The notes: generated from the sequence alone by a model not told the origin. 64,000 nt of DNA from Candidatus Hadarchaeota archaeon (GCA_964621445.1 CAZUNO010000007.1:1-64000), one strand, 5' to 3'. Shown: positions 1-9,463, numbered from the stretch's first letter. A program made the numbers and translations.

Positions 1-7
1 CAAAGAG

Positions 8-97
8 CGGGCCCGGCGGGATTCGAACCCGCGACTTGAGGCTTAGAAGGCTTGCGGGAATCCATCTCTCCGCCCTATCCAGCTAGGCCACGGGCCC
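8..97 (-). tRNA. tRNA-Arg(UCU) with 16-nt non-canonical intron at position 29/30 (intron 52-67)
   Basis: The reverse complement folds as acceptor GGGCCCG/CGGGCCC, D-arm, and T-arm GCGGG-UUCGAAU-CCCGC. Removing 52-67 restores the anticodon arm GAGGC-CUUCUAA-GCCUC. The junctions form a strict bulge-helix-bulge (AGG/CCU, GCGG/CCGC, bulges AG|A and AA|G). Confidence 0.93.
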
Positions 98-346
98 CGG
101 TTCGAGGTAATCCTCGCTGATTAAAAATCGTTCTCCAGAGAAAAACCTTGCTTTACCCGAAATTAGGGTCTCTGAGCCGCGAGAAATCCCTTTTTTCCTG
201 GGTACGATACCCCTACAAACATTTTTATTTCGCTTTCGGGCAACACGCACAAGGAGCCGTACGCATCCTGGGCCCCGTCTTTCTTTTATCTCATTTTGGT
301 ATTAAATGATGAGGGAAGAAGAGGGCTCTCAAAGGAGGAAAAATGC

Positions 347-1465
347 ATGGCTAAAGTGACTCTGAGCGTAATAAAAGCAGACGTTGGGAGTCTTGCGGGA
401 CATACCGTTGTTCCGCCTGAACTGAAAGAAGAAGCGAACAAGATACTCTCCGATGCCAAGGGCAACGGAGTGATAAAGGACTTCCACATCACCAACTGTG
501 GAGATGACCTGGAACTCGTAATGGGTCATGACAAAGGTGAGGATAGCGAGGAAATCCACGGACTGGCCTGGAACGCATTCGAGGCCGCGGCCGACAAGGC
601 CAAGGATATGATGCTCTATGGAGCCGGTCAGGATCTTCTCTCCGACGCCTTTTCGGGAAATGTTCGTGGAATGGGACCTGGCATCGCCGAGATAGAGTTC
701 ACCCAGAGAAAGGCAGACCCCCTGGCCGTATTTATGATGGACAAGACCGAGCCAGGTGCCTTCAACCTGCCCATATTCAAGATATTTGCCGATCCCTTCA
801 CCAATGCAGGCCTGATCATCGATCCGAACGCCCACGCAGGTTTCAGGTTCGAGGTCTGGGACATAATGGAGCACAAAAAGGTCATTATGAGCTGTCCCGA
901 GGAGACCTACGATCTGCTGGCCCTTATAGGAGCCAAGAGCAGGTATGTTATCAAGAGGGTATGGCCCAAGGAGGAGCACCCCAAGATGCCCGCTGACGAG
1001 CCCGTTGTCGCGGTGAGCACCGAGAAACTCTTCCAGATAGCCGGTGAATACGTTGGCAAGGATGACCCCTGTGGAATCGTCCGCTGCCAGTCCGGTCTAC
1101 CGTCCACCGGTGAGGTGCTGGAGGGCTTCGCCCTGCCACACCTGGTATCCGGTTGGATGAGAGGTAGCCACAATGGTCCCCTGATGCCCTGCGCCCAGGA
1201 GGACGCGATATGTTCCAGGTTCGATGGTCCGCCTAGAGTTATAGGTCTCGGATTCAACTACTCCGAGGGAATCCTGCACGGACCCCTGGATCTGTTCGCC
1301 GACCCCGTCTGGGACTACCAGAGGCAGAAGGCGGCCGAGGTCTCCGACTACATGCGGAGACATGGTCCGTTCGAGCCACATAGACTACCTCTTGCTGAGA
1401 TGGAGTACACCACCCTGCCCAAGGTTCTGGACAAGCTCAGCGAAAGGTTCGAAGACGTCGAGTAG
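347..1465 (+). CDS. fbp: Bifunctional fructose-1,6-bisphosphate aldolase/phosphatase (class V FBPase)
   Basis: Motifs SVIKADVGS, YGAGQDLLSDAFSGNVRGMGPG, DKTEPGAFN, YVGKDDP and MRRHGPFEPHRL. ATG at 347 follows a GGAGG RBS. Confidence 0.96.
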   Translation: MAKVTLSVIKADVGSLAGHTVVPPELKEEANKILSDAKGNGVIKDFHITNCGDDLELVMGHDKGEDSEEIHGLAWNAFEAAADKAKDMMLYGAGQDLLSDAFSGNVRGMGPGIAEIEFTQRKADPLAVFMMDKTEPGAFNLPIFKIFADPFTNAGLIIDPNAHAGFRFEVWDIMEHKKVIMSCPEETYDLLALIGAKSRYVIKRVWPKEEHPKMPADEPVVAVSTEKLFQIAGEYVGKDDPCGIVRCQSGLPSTGEVLEGFALPHLVSGWMRGSHNGPLMPCAQEDAICSRFDGPPRVIGLGFNYSEGILHGPLDLFADPVWDYQRQKAAEVSDYMRRHGPFEPHRLPLAEMEYTTLPKVLDKLSERFEDVE

Positions 1466-1485
1466 ATTACACGGGAGGCCGGCAA

Positions 1486-2160
1486 TTGTCAATAAAGACT
1501 CCGGTCATAGTCCTCAATGTGAAGTCCTACGCCCAGTCTTCGGGCGACAAGGGGCTTCAGCTCCTCAAAGCGTGCGAGGAAGTTGCGGATGAGACCGGCG
1601 CCTCCATCGTGATTACTCCCCAGCAGGTACAGCTGGGTCAGGTCGCGTCCCAGGCAAAGATCCCCGTGATGGCCCAGTCCGTGGATGCCCTGGAACCGGG
1701 CAGCCAGACGGGTTGGACTACCCTTCAGTCAATAAAGGAGGTAGGTGCCGACGGGACTCTGGTCAACCATTCGGAACACAGGCTGAAGCTCGCGGATATC
1801 GAGTGGATCGTATCAAAGGCCAAGGAAATGGACCTGGCTACCTGTGTGTGTACCAACAACGTCGCGGTAAGCATGTCTGCGGCCGCGTTGGGCCCGGATT
1901 TCGTTGCCGTTGAGCCACCAGAGCTAATCGGAACCGGGGTTCCGGTTTCCAAGGCCGATCCGGACGTAGTGACCAGCAGCGTGGAGAGCGTGAAGAAGGT
2001 CAACGACAAGGTCGTGGTCCTCTGCGGTGCCGGTATTAGCACCGGCGAGGACGTGAAGGCCGCCCTTGAGTTAGGCACCGAGGGAGTTCTGCTGGCATCC
2101 GGCGTGGTGAAGGCAGAGGACCCCAAGGCGGCCCTTCTGGACCTTACCGAGGGCATTTAG
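1486..2160 (+). CDS. tpiA: Triosephosphate isomerase (archaeal type)
   Basis: Motifs LNVKSY, NHSEHR, AVEPPELIGTG, LCGAGIS and GVLLASGVVKA. Confidence 0.96.
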   Translation: MSIKTPVIVLNVKSYAQSSGDKGLQLLKACEEVADETGASIVITPQQVQLGQVASQAKIPVMAQSVDALEPGSQTGWTTLQSIKEVGADGTLVNHSEHRLKLADIEWIVSKAKEMDLATCVCTNNVAVSMSAAALGPDFVAVEPPELIGTGVPVSKADPDVVTSSVESVKKVNDKVVVLCGAGISTGEDVKAALELGTEGVLLASGVVKAEDPKAALLDLTEGI

Positions 2161-2215
2161 GGAATCACATCCCCTGCAAAACATAGATCAATAGTGAAGT
2201 CGGCTCTCAAGCTAG

Positions 2216-3166
2216 GTGCTTGCGTTGGGAGTCGATGTTATTTCTTTAGGAGAAGCTCTAATAGATTTCATATCCCTAGAGTCGGGAGTAAGCCTGGAGG
2301 AAGCTCCGGGTTTTGAAAAGTGTCCCGGGGGGGCTCCTGCGAATTTTGCGGTTGCATGTTCAAAACTGGAGCTAGATACCGGTTTCATCGGCAAGTTGGG
2401 GGACGACGCATTCGGACGTTTTCTGACCATTACGCTTGAGGATAGGGGCGTCGATGTAAGCCAGGTCGAGACCTCGGAGTACAGGACCGCCCTGGCCTTC
2501 GTCTCCATAGCCCAGAACGGTGAAAGGGAGTTCATGTTCTACCGGCGTCCCTGCGCGGATGTGATGTTGAAACCGGAGGAGATCGATTGCCGGTACATCG
2601 GTGAATCGAGGCTTCTCCACTTCGGTACCGTTGGAATGTCCGAGAGTCCCAGCCGGGAGGCGACCCTGAGGGCCATCGAGTGCGCGGGCGAAAGGGAGGT
2701 GACCATCTCCTTCGATCCCAACATCCGCTTTCATCTCTGGCCCAAGAGCAGGGACCAGATACGGGAGGAGGTAAGGGAGGTGGCCAGGTCCTGCGACCTG
2801 CTGCTGCCCTCGGAGGAGGAGGCACGTTTTCTAACCGGAAAGGAACCCGAGGGGGCCATCGAGGAGCTGCTTTCCCTGGGTCCCTCGACCGTGGTGGTTA
2901 AACTAGGAGAAAGGGGATGTATCGGAGGGACCAGGGAAGAGGTCCACAGGGTGGATGGAATAACCACCCGGGCAGTGGATACCACCGGAGCCGGCGACGG
3001 GTTTGATGCCGGGTTCGTGATGGGCGTCCTGCGTGGTCTGGGCCTGGAGAGATCCATGATGTATGGCAATGTGGTGGGTAGCCTGGTGGTCAGGGAAAGA
3101 GGGGCCATGACCTCGCTGCCGACCCTGTCACAGGTCGAGGAGCTGGCCTCAAGTGTCTCCAGCTAA
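2216..3166 (+). CDS. PfkB-family carbohydrate kinase (fructokinase/KDG kinase-like)
   Basis: Signatures GGAPANFA, SFDPNIR and DTTGAGDGF. Confidence 0.9.
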   Translation: MLALGVDVISLGEALIDFISLESGVSLEEAPGFEKCPGGAPANFAVACSKLELDTGFIGKLGDDAFGRFLTITLEDRGVDVSQVETSEYRTALAFVSIAQNGEREFMFYRRPCADVMLKPEEIDCRYIGESRLLHFGTVGMSESPSREATLRAIECAGEREVTISFDPNIRFHLWPKSRDQIREEVREVARSCDLLLPSEEEARFLTGKEPEGAIEELLSLGPSTVVVKLGERGCIGGTREEVHRVDGITTRAVDTTGAGDGFDAGFVMGVLRGLGLERSMMYGNVVGSLVVRERGAMTSLPTLSQVEELASSVSS

Positions 3167-3537
3167 TCCGGAAGCTCTGAACTTCTTTCCAGGCATTTCT
3201 TACGTTCACTCAGCTTTTCCCGCACCAGGTCCCTCAGCTCTTCCCTTTCCATGAATCCAACCGCGGAACCTGTGGGCCTGCCATTGCAGAAAAAGGCCAG
3301 GGTGGGGGTTGACATCACGCCGTTGTCTATGGCGATCTGTTTATTGTCCTCGTTCTGTAGAACGTTGAGCCTGGTGAACTCCACTTCGTCCTCGAATTCC
3401 TCCGAAACCTGGTCGTATATTGGCTTGAACTTGTTGCACCAGGGGCATTCATCATGCCAGAACTCCACTATCACCATCTTTCCCGTGGTTTGAAGAACCT
3501 CGGTTTCCCAGTCCTCGGCATCCAGGTCAGTGATCAT
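3163..3537 (-). CDS. Thioredoxin family protein
   Basis: VEFWHDECPWC active site, cis-Pro motif STPTL and thioredoxin length. Confidence 0.88.
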   Translation of the reverse strand: MITDLDAEDWETEVLQTTGKMVIVEFWHDECPWCNKFKPIYDQVSEEFEDEVEFTRLNVLQNEDNKQIAIDNGVMSTPTLAFFCNGRPTGSAVGFMEREELRDLVREKLSERKKCLERSSELPD

Positions 3538-3632
3538 CCTCTACCTCCAATGAACATGGGAAATGAATCCTGACTGAAAAAATGTGTTATCCGGCACCCG
3601 GATTGCCCTTTGCAGGCAGCCTACCTCCGGGT

Positions 3633-4169
3633 TTATTTTGAAACCTTTCGGATTGCCTCGGGCAGGAACTGGACCACCGACCCGGCCAGGGGGTAGTCAG
3701 GGCTGGAATAAGAATCCCATTTTCCCTTTATCTCCACGGTCTGGTTTTCGAATTCCCTCAAAACGGAGGAGGAGCGCCAGGTCTCGGTGCCCGTGGAGAG
3801 GATTAGGAAGTAGGCAGTGCCGTTTTCCCGATAGCTCGGGTTCCTAGAGATGTCCTGCCCCTCCAACCTGTGTGACCACTCCTGCTTGTGAAATGTCCGG
3901 TACCGGTCCATTGAACCGTTTCCGTTCAGCTCGTCGATCCCGGCCTCGGTAAAAAGCTCAAAGTCGTTATCCTTGGTCACCGCGAAAACGATCCGATAGT
4001 TGGTGGTCAGCAATCCCTCTATTACAACCTCTTCGGCCTGGACCTGTTTGTAAACAAACCTGTCATTGGGCACCTCCGTCCAGCCAGGGGATCGCGGATA
4101 GAGGATTACGAGCACCACTCCGATTGCTATCAGAGCGAGTATGAATACCGATATCGATATTTTCCGCAC
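3633..4169 (-). CDS. Hypothetical membrane-anchored protein
   Basis: 178-aa ORF with an N-terminal hydrophobic helix; no recognised family. Confidence 0.6.
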   Translation of the reverse strand: MRKISISVFILALIAIGVVLVILYPRSPGWTEVPNDRFVYKQVQAEEVVIEGLLTTNYRIVFAVTKDNDFELFTEAGIDELNGNGSMDRYRTFHKQEWSHRLEGQDISRNPSYRENGTAYFLILSTGTETWRSSSVLREFENQTVEIKGKWDSYSSPDYPLAGSVVQFLPEAIRKVSK

Positions 4170-4206
4170 GTTAAGTCCTGGGACCGGGTATTGATATCTC
4201 TACCCA

Positions 4207-5601
4207 TTAGGCGGTCAGATATTCATGGATCCGTCGGGCTGCTCTTCTCCCGGCGCCCATGGCGGCAATTACCGTTGCCTGGCCGGTCACGATGTCGCCA
4301 CCGGCGAAAACCCCCTCCTTGGATGTCTGGCCGGTCTCAGGGTCGGCCTTGATGTATCCCCTTTCCGTGACCTCCAGGTCCTCGGTGGTTGATGAGATCA
4401 GCGGATTCGCCCCCTGCCCTATGGCAACGATCACCGTGTCCAGTTCCATCCTGAACTCGGAGTCCGGTATGGGACATGGCCTCGGACGCCCCGAGGCATC
4501 CGGGGGCCCCAGCTTCATCCTTATGCACTCCATGGCTCTGAGAGTGCCATCCTCGTCCCCCAGGTACCTAACGGGGGAGGCCAGGAATTGGAACCTAATT
4601 CCCTCCTCCTCGGCGTTGAGTATCTCCTCCTCCCTCGCCGGCATCTCCTTCCTGGAACGCCTGTATACCACGGTCACCTCGTCCGCCCCCAGTCTCAGGG
4701 CACAACGGGCCGAGTCCATGGCCACGTTTCCACCCCCTATTACCGCCGCCCTTTTGCCCACCCTTATGGGCGTGTCGTAATCGTCACGGTATGCCTTCAT
4801 CAGGTTGGTCCTGGTCAGGAATTCGTTGGCCGAGTAGACACCGGCCAGGTTCTCCCCCGGGATGCCCATGAATCTGGGCAGTCCGGCACCGGTGCCGATG
4901 AAAACCGCATCGAAGCCGGAATCCGTCAGTTCATCCACGGTACCCGTGCGTCCAACCACGTAGTCGGTCCGGATCTCCACGCCCATGCGTTTCAGGTTCT
5001 CTATCTCCCGGGCCACGATGCCCTTGGGCAGCCGGAACTCCGGGATACCGTAGGTCAGCACCCCTCCGGGTTGATGGAGGGCCTCGAATACCACCACCTG
5101 GTGACCGAGCCGGGCCAGGTCCCCGGCCGCGGTCAGTCCGGCGGGGCCCGAGCCAACCACTGCTACCTTGTGACCGGTCGGGGGTGCGGTTGAGGGCATG
5201 AAAACCTCGTCGCTCTCCATCTCCTGGTCGGCCACGAACCTTTCCAGCCTGCCAATGGCCACCGGCTGCCCCCTGTTGCTTAGAACGCACTTCTCCTCGC
5301 ACTGGGTTTCCTGGGGGCAAACCCGTCCACAGATGGCGGGAAGAACGTTGTCCTCCTTGACCGTTCGCGCCGCCTCGAAGAACTCTCCCTGGGCCACCTT
5401 CCTCACGAAGGCCGGTATGTCGATGTCCACCGGGCACCCTTCGACACATCTGGGTTTGCTGCACTGGAGGCAGCGGCTGGCTTCGGCCACGGCCTGTTTT
5501 GGGTTATAGCCCAGAGCGACTTCATCGAAGTTCCTTATCCTTTTCTGGACTCCCTGCTTGGGAATGGGCTTTCTCTGCTCCGTCATCCGATCACTCAACA
5601 T
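4207..5601 (-). CDS. sudA: NfnB/SudA-type NADPH-dependent flavoprotein (GltD-like large subunit)
   Basis: RCLQC..CVEGCP, CGRVCPQETQCE, GSGPAG, GGGNVAMD and FAGGDIVTG; overlaps the NfnA-like gene. Confidence 0.9.
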   Translation of the reverse strand: MLSDRMTEQRKPIPKQGVQKRIRNFDEVALGYNPKQAVAEASRCLQCSKPRCVEGCPVDIDIPAFVRKVAQGEFFEAARTVKEDNVLPAICGRVCPQETQCEEKCVLSNRGQPVAIGRLERFVADQEMESDEVFMPSTAPPTGHKVAVVGSGPAGLTAAGDLARLGHQVVVFEALHQPGGVLTYGIPEFRLPKGIVAREIENLKRMGVEIRTDYVVGRTGTVDELTDSGFDAVFIGTGAGLPRFMGIPGENLAGVYSANEFLTRTNLMKAYRDDYDTPIRVGKRAAVIGGGNVAMDSARCALRLGADEVTVVYRRSRKEMPAREEEILNAEEEGIRFQFLASPVRYLGDEDGTLRAMECIRMKLGPPDASGRPRPCPIPDSEFRMELDTVIVAIGQGANPLISSTTEDLEVTERGYIKADPETGQTSKEGVFAGGDIVTGQATVIAAMGAGRRAARRIHEYLTA

Positions 5602-6415
5602 CGCTAAGTTGGCATTTCTCTTCCTGGGTGTAGAACCTCTGTCTCTTGAGTAGAAGATCGAAGTTCACCTTATGGGCATCAAATTCAGGCCCGTCCACAC
5701 AGGCAAACTTGGTTTCCCCGCCTATCTCGACCCTGCATCCGCCACACATTCCGGTGCCGTCGACCATGATGGGATTGAGGCTCACCGTGGTCTCTATATC
5801 GTGGGGGCGGGTGACCTCGGCCACCGCTTTCATCATGATCGCCGGTCCCACCGCATAAACATAATCCACCTTCTGTCCGGAATCGATTAAATCCCGGAGC
5901 TTGTCGGTGACGAATCCCTTCCTCCCGTATGTCCCGTCATCGGTGGTGATGTATAGTTCATCGGATATCTTGCGGAACTCCTTCTCCAGGATGACTAGGT
6001 CCTTGGTCTTGGCCCCGATGATGGATATAAGGGTGTTCCCCTCCCTCTTGAGGGCCTCAGCCACCGGGTAAACACAGGCGGTGCCTATGCCGCCCCCAAT
6101 GGCAACGCAAACGCCATAGTCGTCTATGTGGGACGGGACCCCCAGGGGGCCTACAACGTCCTGTAGCTCTCCCCCCTGGGGCACCTTTCCCAGAATCTTG
6201 GTGGTCTTTCCCACCTCCAAAAAGAACAGGGTGATGGTTCCCGCCTCGGGATCGGCCGAGTGAACGGTGAGCGGGATCCTTTCGCCATTTTCGCTGACCC
6301 TGATGATAACGAACTGTCCAGGCCTGGCCCGTTTCGAGATTTCGGGGGCCTGGACCTCAATCCTCTTCATATTTGGTGCGAGCTTCTCCTTGTTGAGGAC
6401 CCGGTACATGTCCAT
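5591..6415 (-). CDS. sudB: NfnA/SudB-type flavin/2Fe-2S electron transfer subunit
   Basis: PGQFVIIR, ERIPLT, GGGIGTA and MVDGTGMCGGCRV...CVDGPEFD. Start set at MDMYRV. Confidence 0.9.
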   Translation of the reverse strand: MDMYRVLNKEKLAPNMKRIEVQAPEISKRARPGQFVIIRVSENGERIPLTVHSADPEAGTITLFFLEVGKTTKILGKVPQGGELQDVVGPLGVPSHIDDYGVCVAIGGGIGTACVYPVAEALKREGNTLISIIGAKTKDLVILEKEFRKISDELYITTDDGTYGRKGFVTDKLRDLIDSGQKVDYVYAVGPAIMMKAVAEVTRPHDIETTVSLNPIMVDGTGMCGGCRVEIGGETKFACVDGPEFDAHKVNFDLLLKRQRFYTQEEKCQLSDVE

Positions 6416-6459
6416 TACGGTCTCCCCCGATTGAAAAATTATTCCAGAGAAACCCATCA

Positions 6460-6747
6460 TTACCGGGACTCGATGATGAATCTGGGCGGTGAGATCCTGT
6501 TGGACCGGCATTCAGGGCAGCTACTGGGGGGTGATGTGCGCTGGGGATTGAATACGAATCCGCATTCCTCGCAGCTTGCAGGCTCGGCCATCAGGACCTT
6601 TCCCTTGGTTCTAACGGTTTTAGCCACGTGCTTTAGATCTCTCTGGACGGCGTTCTCTCCAATGCCCAGGGTTGTCGATATCTCCCGGCCAGTCATCCCG
6701 GTCCGGGCGGATTCAAGCAGGTTCTCTATCTGGGTTCTCCGGGTCAT
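6460..6747 (-). CDS. HTH transcriptional regulator with C-terminal zinc ribbon (conserved archaeal, COG3357-like)
   Basis: MTRRTQI..L, HTH (DLKHVAKT), CEECGFVF, CPECRS.RI.PPRF. Confidence 0.8.
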   Translation of the reverse strand: MTRRTQIENLLESARTGMTGREISTTLGIGENAVQRDLKHVAKTVRTKGKVLMAEPASCEECGFVFNPQRTSPPSSCPECRSNRISPPRFIIESR

Positions 6748-6785
6748 GCATCGTGCCCCGAGTTAGCATAAGGAAATAGAGTAAG

Positions 6786-6933
6786 TAGCCCGGCTCGGAT
6801 TCGAAATCCTCAGAAACATGGATCCATGCCTCTTCCGAGGTCTCGGGCTTTCTTCCGGTTTTTTGACCGACCAAAGGCCCGAATGATTGACCGCTACACT
6901 CGGCGAACGTCCAGGGGACGTCTCTACCGGGCT
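6786..6933 (-). tRNA. tRNA-Gln(UUG) with three introns: 10/11 (6899-6923), 37/38 (6850-6870), 53/54 (6806-6834)
   Basis: Removing the three segments gives AGCCCGGUAGUGUAGCGGUCAAUCAUUCGGGCCUUUGGAGCCCGAGACCUCGGUUCGAAUCCGAGCCGGGCUA, a full cloverleaf with the A1-U72 pair typical of archaeal tRNA-Gln. Each junction forms a BHB-type motif. Confidence 0.88.
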
Positions 6934-7040
6934 ACCGGGCTAGTTGCCTCTTTCCACAGGTTCTAATAAATTTCTTACTCATCCTGTTCTGGAAATCAAT
7001 AAATAGCATCCCGAATTAGGGTTAACGGTTGTAGACGAAT

Positions 7041-8102
7041 ATGGAAGAGGACGATATCGCCGGTCCGGATGACATCTTCCAGAAGATATTGCAGAACTCC
7101 GATTACTCCGAACAGGATCTAGAGGCAGAGGTAGATAAGAAAAAGGCGGAGTACGACATGCTCACTGAAGAGGGAGCTTTAACCCTCATTGCAAATGAGC
7201 TGGGTATAACCCTGGGTGAGGAAACCCAGACCCCGACCATGAAGATCAGGGATCTCGAGCCGGGGGCCAAAGAAATCGACATCGTGGGTAAGGTTATGGA
7301 GATAAACGAGCCCAAGGGATTCACCCGAAAGGATGGATCAAAGGGATTCGTCTGTGGTTTGATCCTTTCAGATGACACGGCTTCGGTGAGGCTGACCCTC
7401 TGGGACCAGGAGTGCAGAACGCTGGATGAGGTAGAGATTGGAGATGCAGTCCGGATAGTTGGTGGCATCTGCAAATCCGGTAGAAGGGGAAAGGAAATCC
7501 ATACGGGAAGAAGGGCCAGGCTCATGCTGAACCCAAGCGTGGCCGAGGACCCGAGAATGCAGGACCTGGATGATGTTAAGGAGGCGGTGAAGCCATCATC
7601 GGAGAGAAGGCGAATATCGGATCTCGATGCAGGTAAAAGTAACATAGAGGTTAGGGCCACCGTGGTCAAGCTCTACAGGTTATGGGTCTATGATGCCTGC
7701 CCCAGATGTGGTAGAAAGGTATCCGACGGCGAGTGCCAGAGATGTGGAGAGGTAGAGGCGGAACCGAGATCCATCCTTGATATAGGCGTAGATGATTCAT
7801 CCGGTTTCGTGCACGCGAAGTTTTTCGGGGAGATAGCCGGGGAAATCCTGGGTGTATCTCCCTCCGAGGCCCGGAGAGGCATGCGGTCGTTGATCGAGCA
7901 GGGGATGGATGATACAAGGGCCGCCAGAGAGTACCTCCATAGGGAGCACGGGGATCTTCTGGGAAAGGAATTAATCCTAAGTGGAAGGGTTGACTCTGAT
8001 GAGTACAGGGGTATAGTCTTTTCCGTCTCCGAGGTGGACCACCCAGACCCAGTGGCTGAGGCTAAAAGGGTACTGGAGGAGGTGAAGGCCGTTGTCGAAT
8101 GA
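7041..8102 (+). CDS. Replication protein A large subunit (OB folds plus Zn ribbon; RPA41/Rpa1-like)
   Basis: N-terminal LTEEGALTLIANELG, OB fold (F.RKDG.KG.V..L.L.D.T..VRLTLWD) and YDACPRCGRKV..CQRCG zinc finger. Confidence 0.85.
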   Translation: MEEDDIAGPDDIFQKILQNSDYSEQDLEAEVDKKKAEYDMLTEEGALTLIANELGITLGEETQTPTMKIRDLEPGAKEIDIVGKVMEINEPKGFTRKDGSKGFVCGLILSDDTASVRLTLWDQECRTLDEVEIGDAVRIVGGICKSGRRGKEIHTGRRARLMLNPSVAEDPRMQDLDDVKEAVKPSSERRRISDLDAGKSNIEVRATVVKLYRLWVYDACPRCGRKVSDGECQRCGEVEAEPRSILDIGVDDSSGFVHAKFFGEIAGEILGVSPSEARRGMRSLIEQGMDDTRAAREYLHREHGDLLGKELILSGRVDSDEYRGIVFSVSEVDHPDPVAEAKRVLEEVKAVVE

Positions 8103-8448
8103 GGCCGAAGGACGGGGAGATATGTCCTTTGCGGTCGAGAAAAGGATCAACGAAATATCGGCAGAGTCCCCATGCATAAGTACAATCGGCACCGTTATAT
8201 CCAGGAATAGCGAAGAGTCATCGATGGTCCTTGATGACGGAACGGGGCAGATAACGGTTAATGTGAACTCCCTACCACAACTCGGATCGCTAATTAGAAT
8301 AATTGCCATGCCTTTTGTCAGCGATGACCAGGTCATGCTGGACGCCATGATAATACAGGATTTCACCGGCTTCGAGGTTGACCTTTACAGGGAAATATTG
8401 CAGATGGAGGAACGAATATTCAGTCAAGACGAAGATTACCATCGGTAA
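8092..8448 (+). CDS. RPA small subunit (RPA14/Rpa3-like, single OB fold)
   Basis: OB signature LDDGTGQITV; translationally coupled between the other two RPA genes. Confidence 0.75.
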   Translation: MSNEAEGRGDMSFAVEKRINEISAESPCISTIGTVISRNSEESSMVLDDGTGQITVNVNSLPQLGSLIRIIAMPFVSDDQVMLDAMIIQDFTGFEVDLYREILQMEERIFSQDEDYHR

Positions 8449-8450
8449 GA

Positions 8451-9143
8451 GTGCGTATAGAGTCAGTCCTGAGGTCAGAGTTCATGGGCAGCGAGGGCGA
8501 TTTCGAGCCAAACTATGCCCTGATGCCCAATGGGATCAGAGTTCACCGGGTAAAGGTAGTTGGTACGGTGCGTTCGAACCCCCTGGTCGGGAACGAGGGA
8601 ACTTACGCCAGGTTCCCCCTCGACGACTCGACCGGCCTGATATGGATCTCCGGCTTCCGTGAAATGGTGGATAGGATAGGAGACCTGGAGCGGGGTCAAA
8701 TGGTCCAGGTGGTGGCAACGGTGAATGAGTACAGGGGAGATCTTGAACTTATTGCTGAGTGTATTCGTAACATCGATCCTAACTTCTGGCTTCTTCACCG
8801 GGCCGAGGTCCTGAGAGGCGAACTCGAATCCCGCAGGGAATACAGAGATGCCCAGGCACTTTCCATCCACGAGGAGAACGTTCAGGAAGCCAGGGAGACG
8901 GCAAGGGAGATAGGAATGGAGACCGAGGTTCCGGATCAGGAAGAGGATGATGAAGAGGATCTCTCGGGGGATATCCTGGACTTCCTAGAACGGAACGACC
9001 AGGGCCAGGGAGTCCCTCTCGAGGACATCGTTGCTAACTTCAGGGACTCCCATTCGAGTCAAGAGATCGAGTCCGGCCTTATCGACCTGATGGATGAAGG
9101 GGACGTATACGAACCCACGGTCGGCAGATACGCGGTGATATGA
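8451..9143 (+). CDS. RPA middle subunit (RPA32/Rpa2-like; OB fold plus C-terminal winged helix)
   Basis: PNY...RVKVVGTV, LDDSTGLI, DPNFWLLHR, and winged-helix end LMDEGDVYEPTVGRY. Confidence 0.82.
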   Translation: MRIESVLRSEFMGSEGDFEPNYALMPNGIRVHRVKVVGTVRSNPLVGNEGTYARFPLDDSTGLIWISGFREMVDRIGDLERGQMVQVVATVNEYRGDLELIAECIRNIDPNFWLLHRAEVLRGELESRREYRDAQALSIHEENVQEARETAREIGMETEVPDQEEDDEEDLSGDILDFLERNDQGQGVPLEDIVANFRDSHSSQEIESGLIDLMDEGDVYEPTVGRYAVI

Positions 9144-9194
9144 GGTTTAGGAAGTCACCTTTCGGAGGGAGAGATTTAATAGAAAAAATGGGAG

Positions 9195-9446
9195 TTGGAT
9201 AGGCAGATGGGGAAAGCTGAGGCCTTCGTTCTAATCTCGGTTGAGATCGGCAAGGCATCGGAGGTCAGAGAGAGGCTTCTGATGATAGATGCCGTTAAGG
9301 AAGTATACTGTGTCATGGGTCCCTATGACATAATTTGCAGGTTGCAGGGGGAATCTTCCGACGAGATACCGAGGATGGTGCTAAATTCGATACATCCCGT
9401 GGAGGGAGTGGTGGACACCATGACCGCAACCGTATTCACTCCGTAA
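9195..9446 (+). CDS. Stand-alone Lrp/AsnC ligand-binding (RAM) domain protein
   Basis: AFVLISVEIG, V.GPYDII and I..VEGVVDTMT; about 80 aa with no HTH. Confidence 0.85.
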   Translation: MDRQMGKAEAFVLISVEIGKASEVRERLLMIDAVKEVYCVMGPYDIICRLQGESSDEIPRMVLNSIHPVEGVVDTMTATVFTP

Positions 9447-9463
9447 ATAGAGGTTAATCATAG

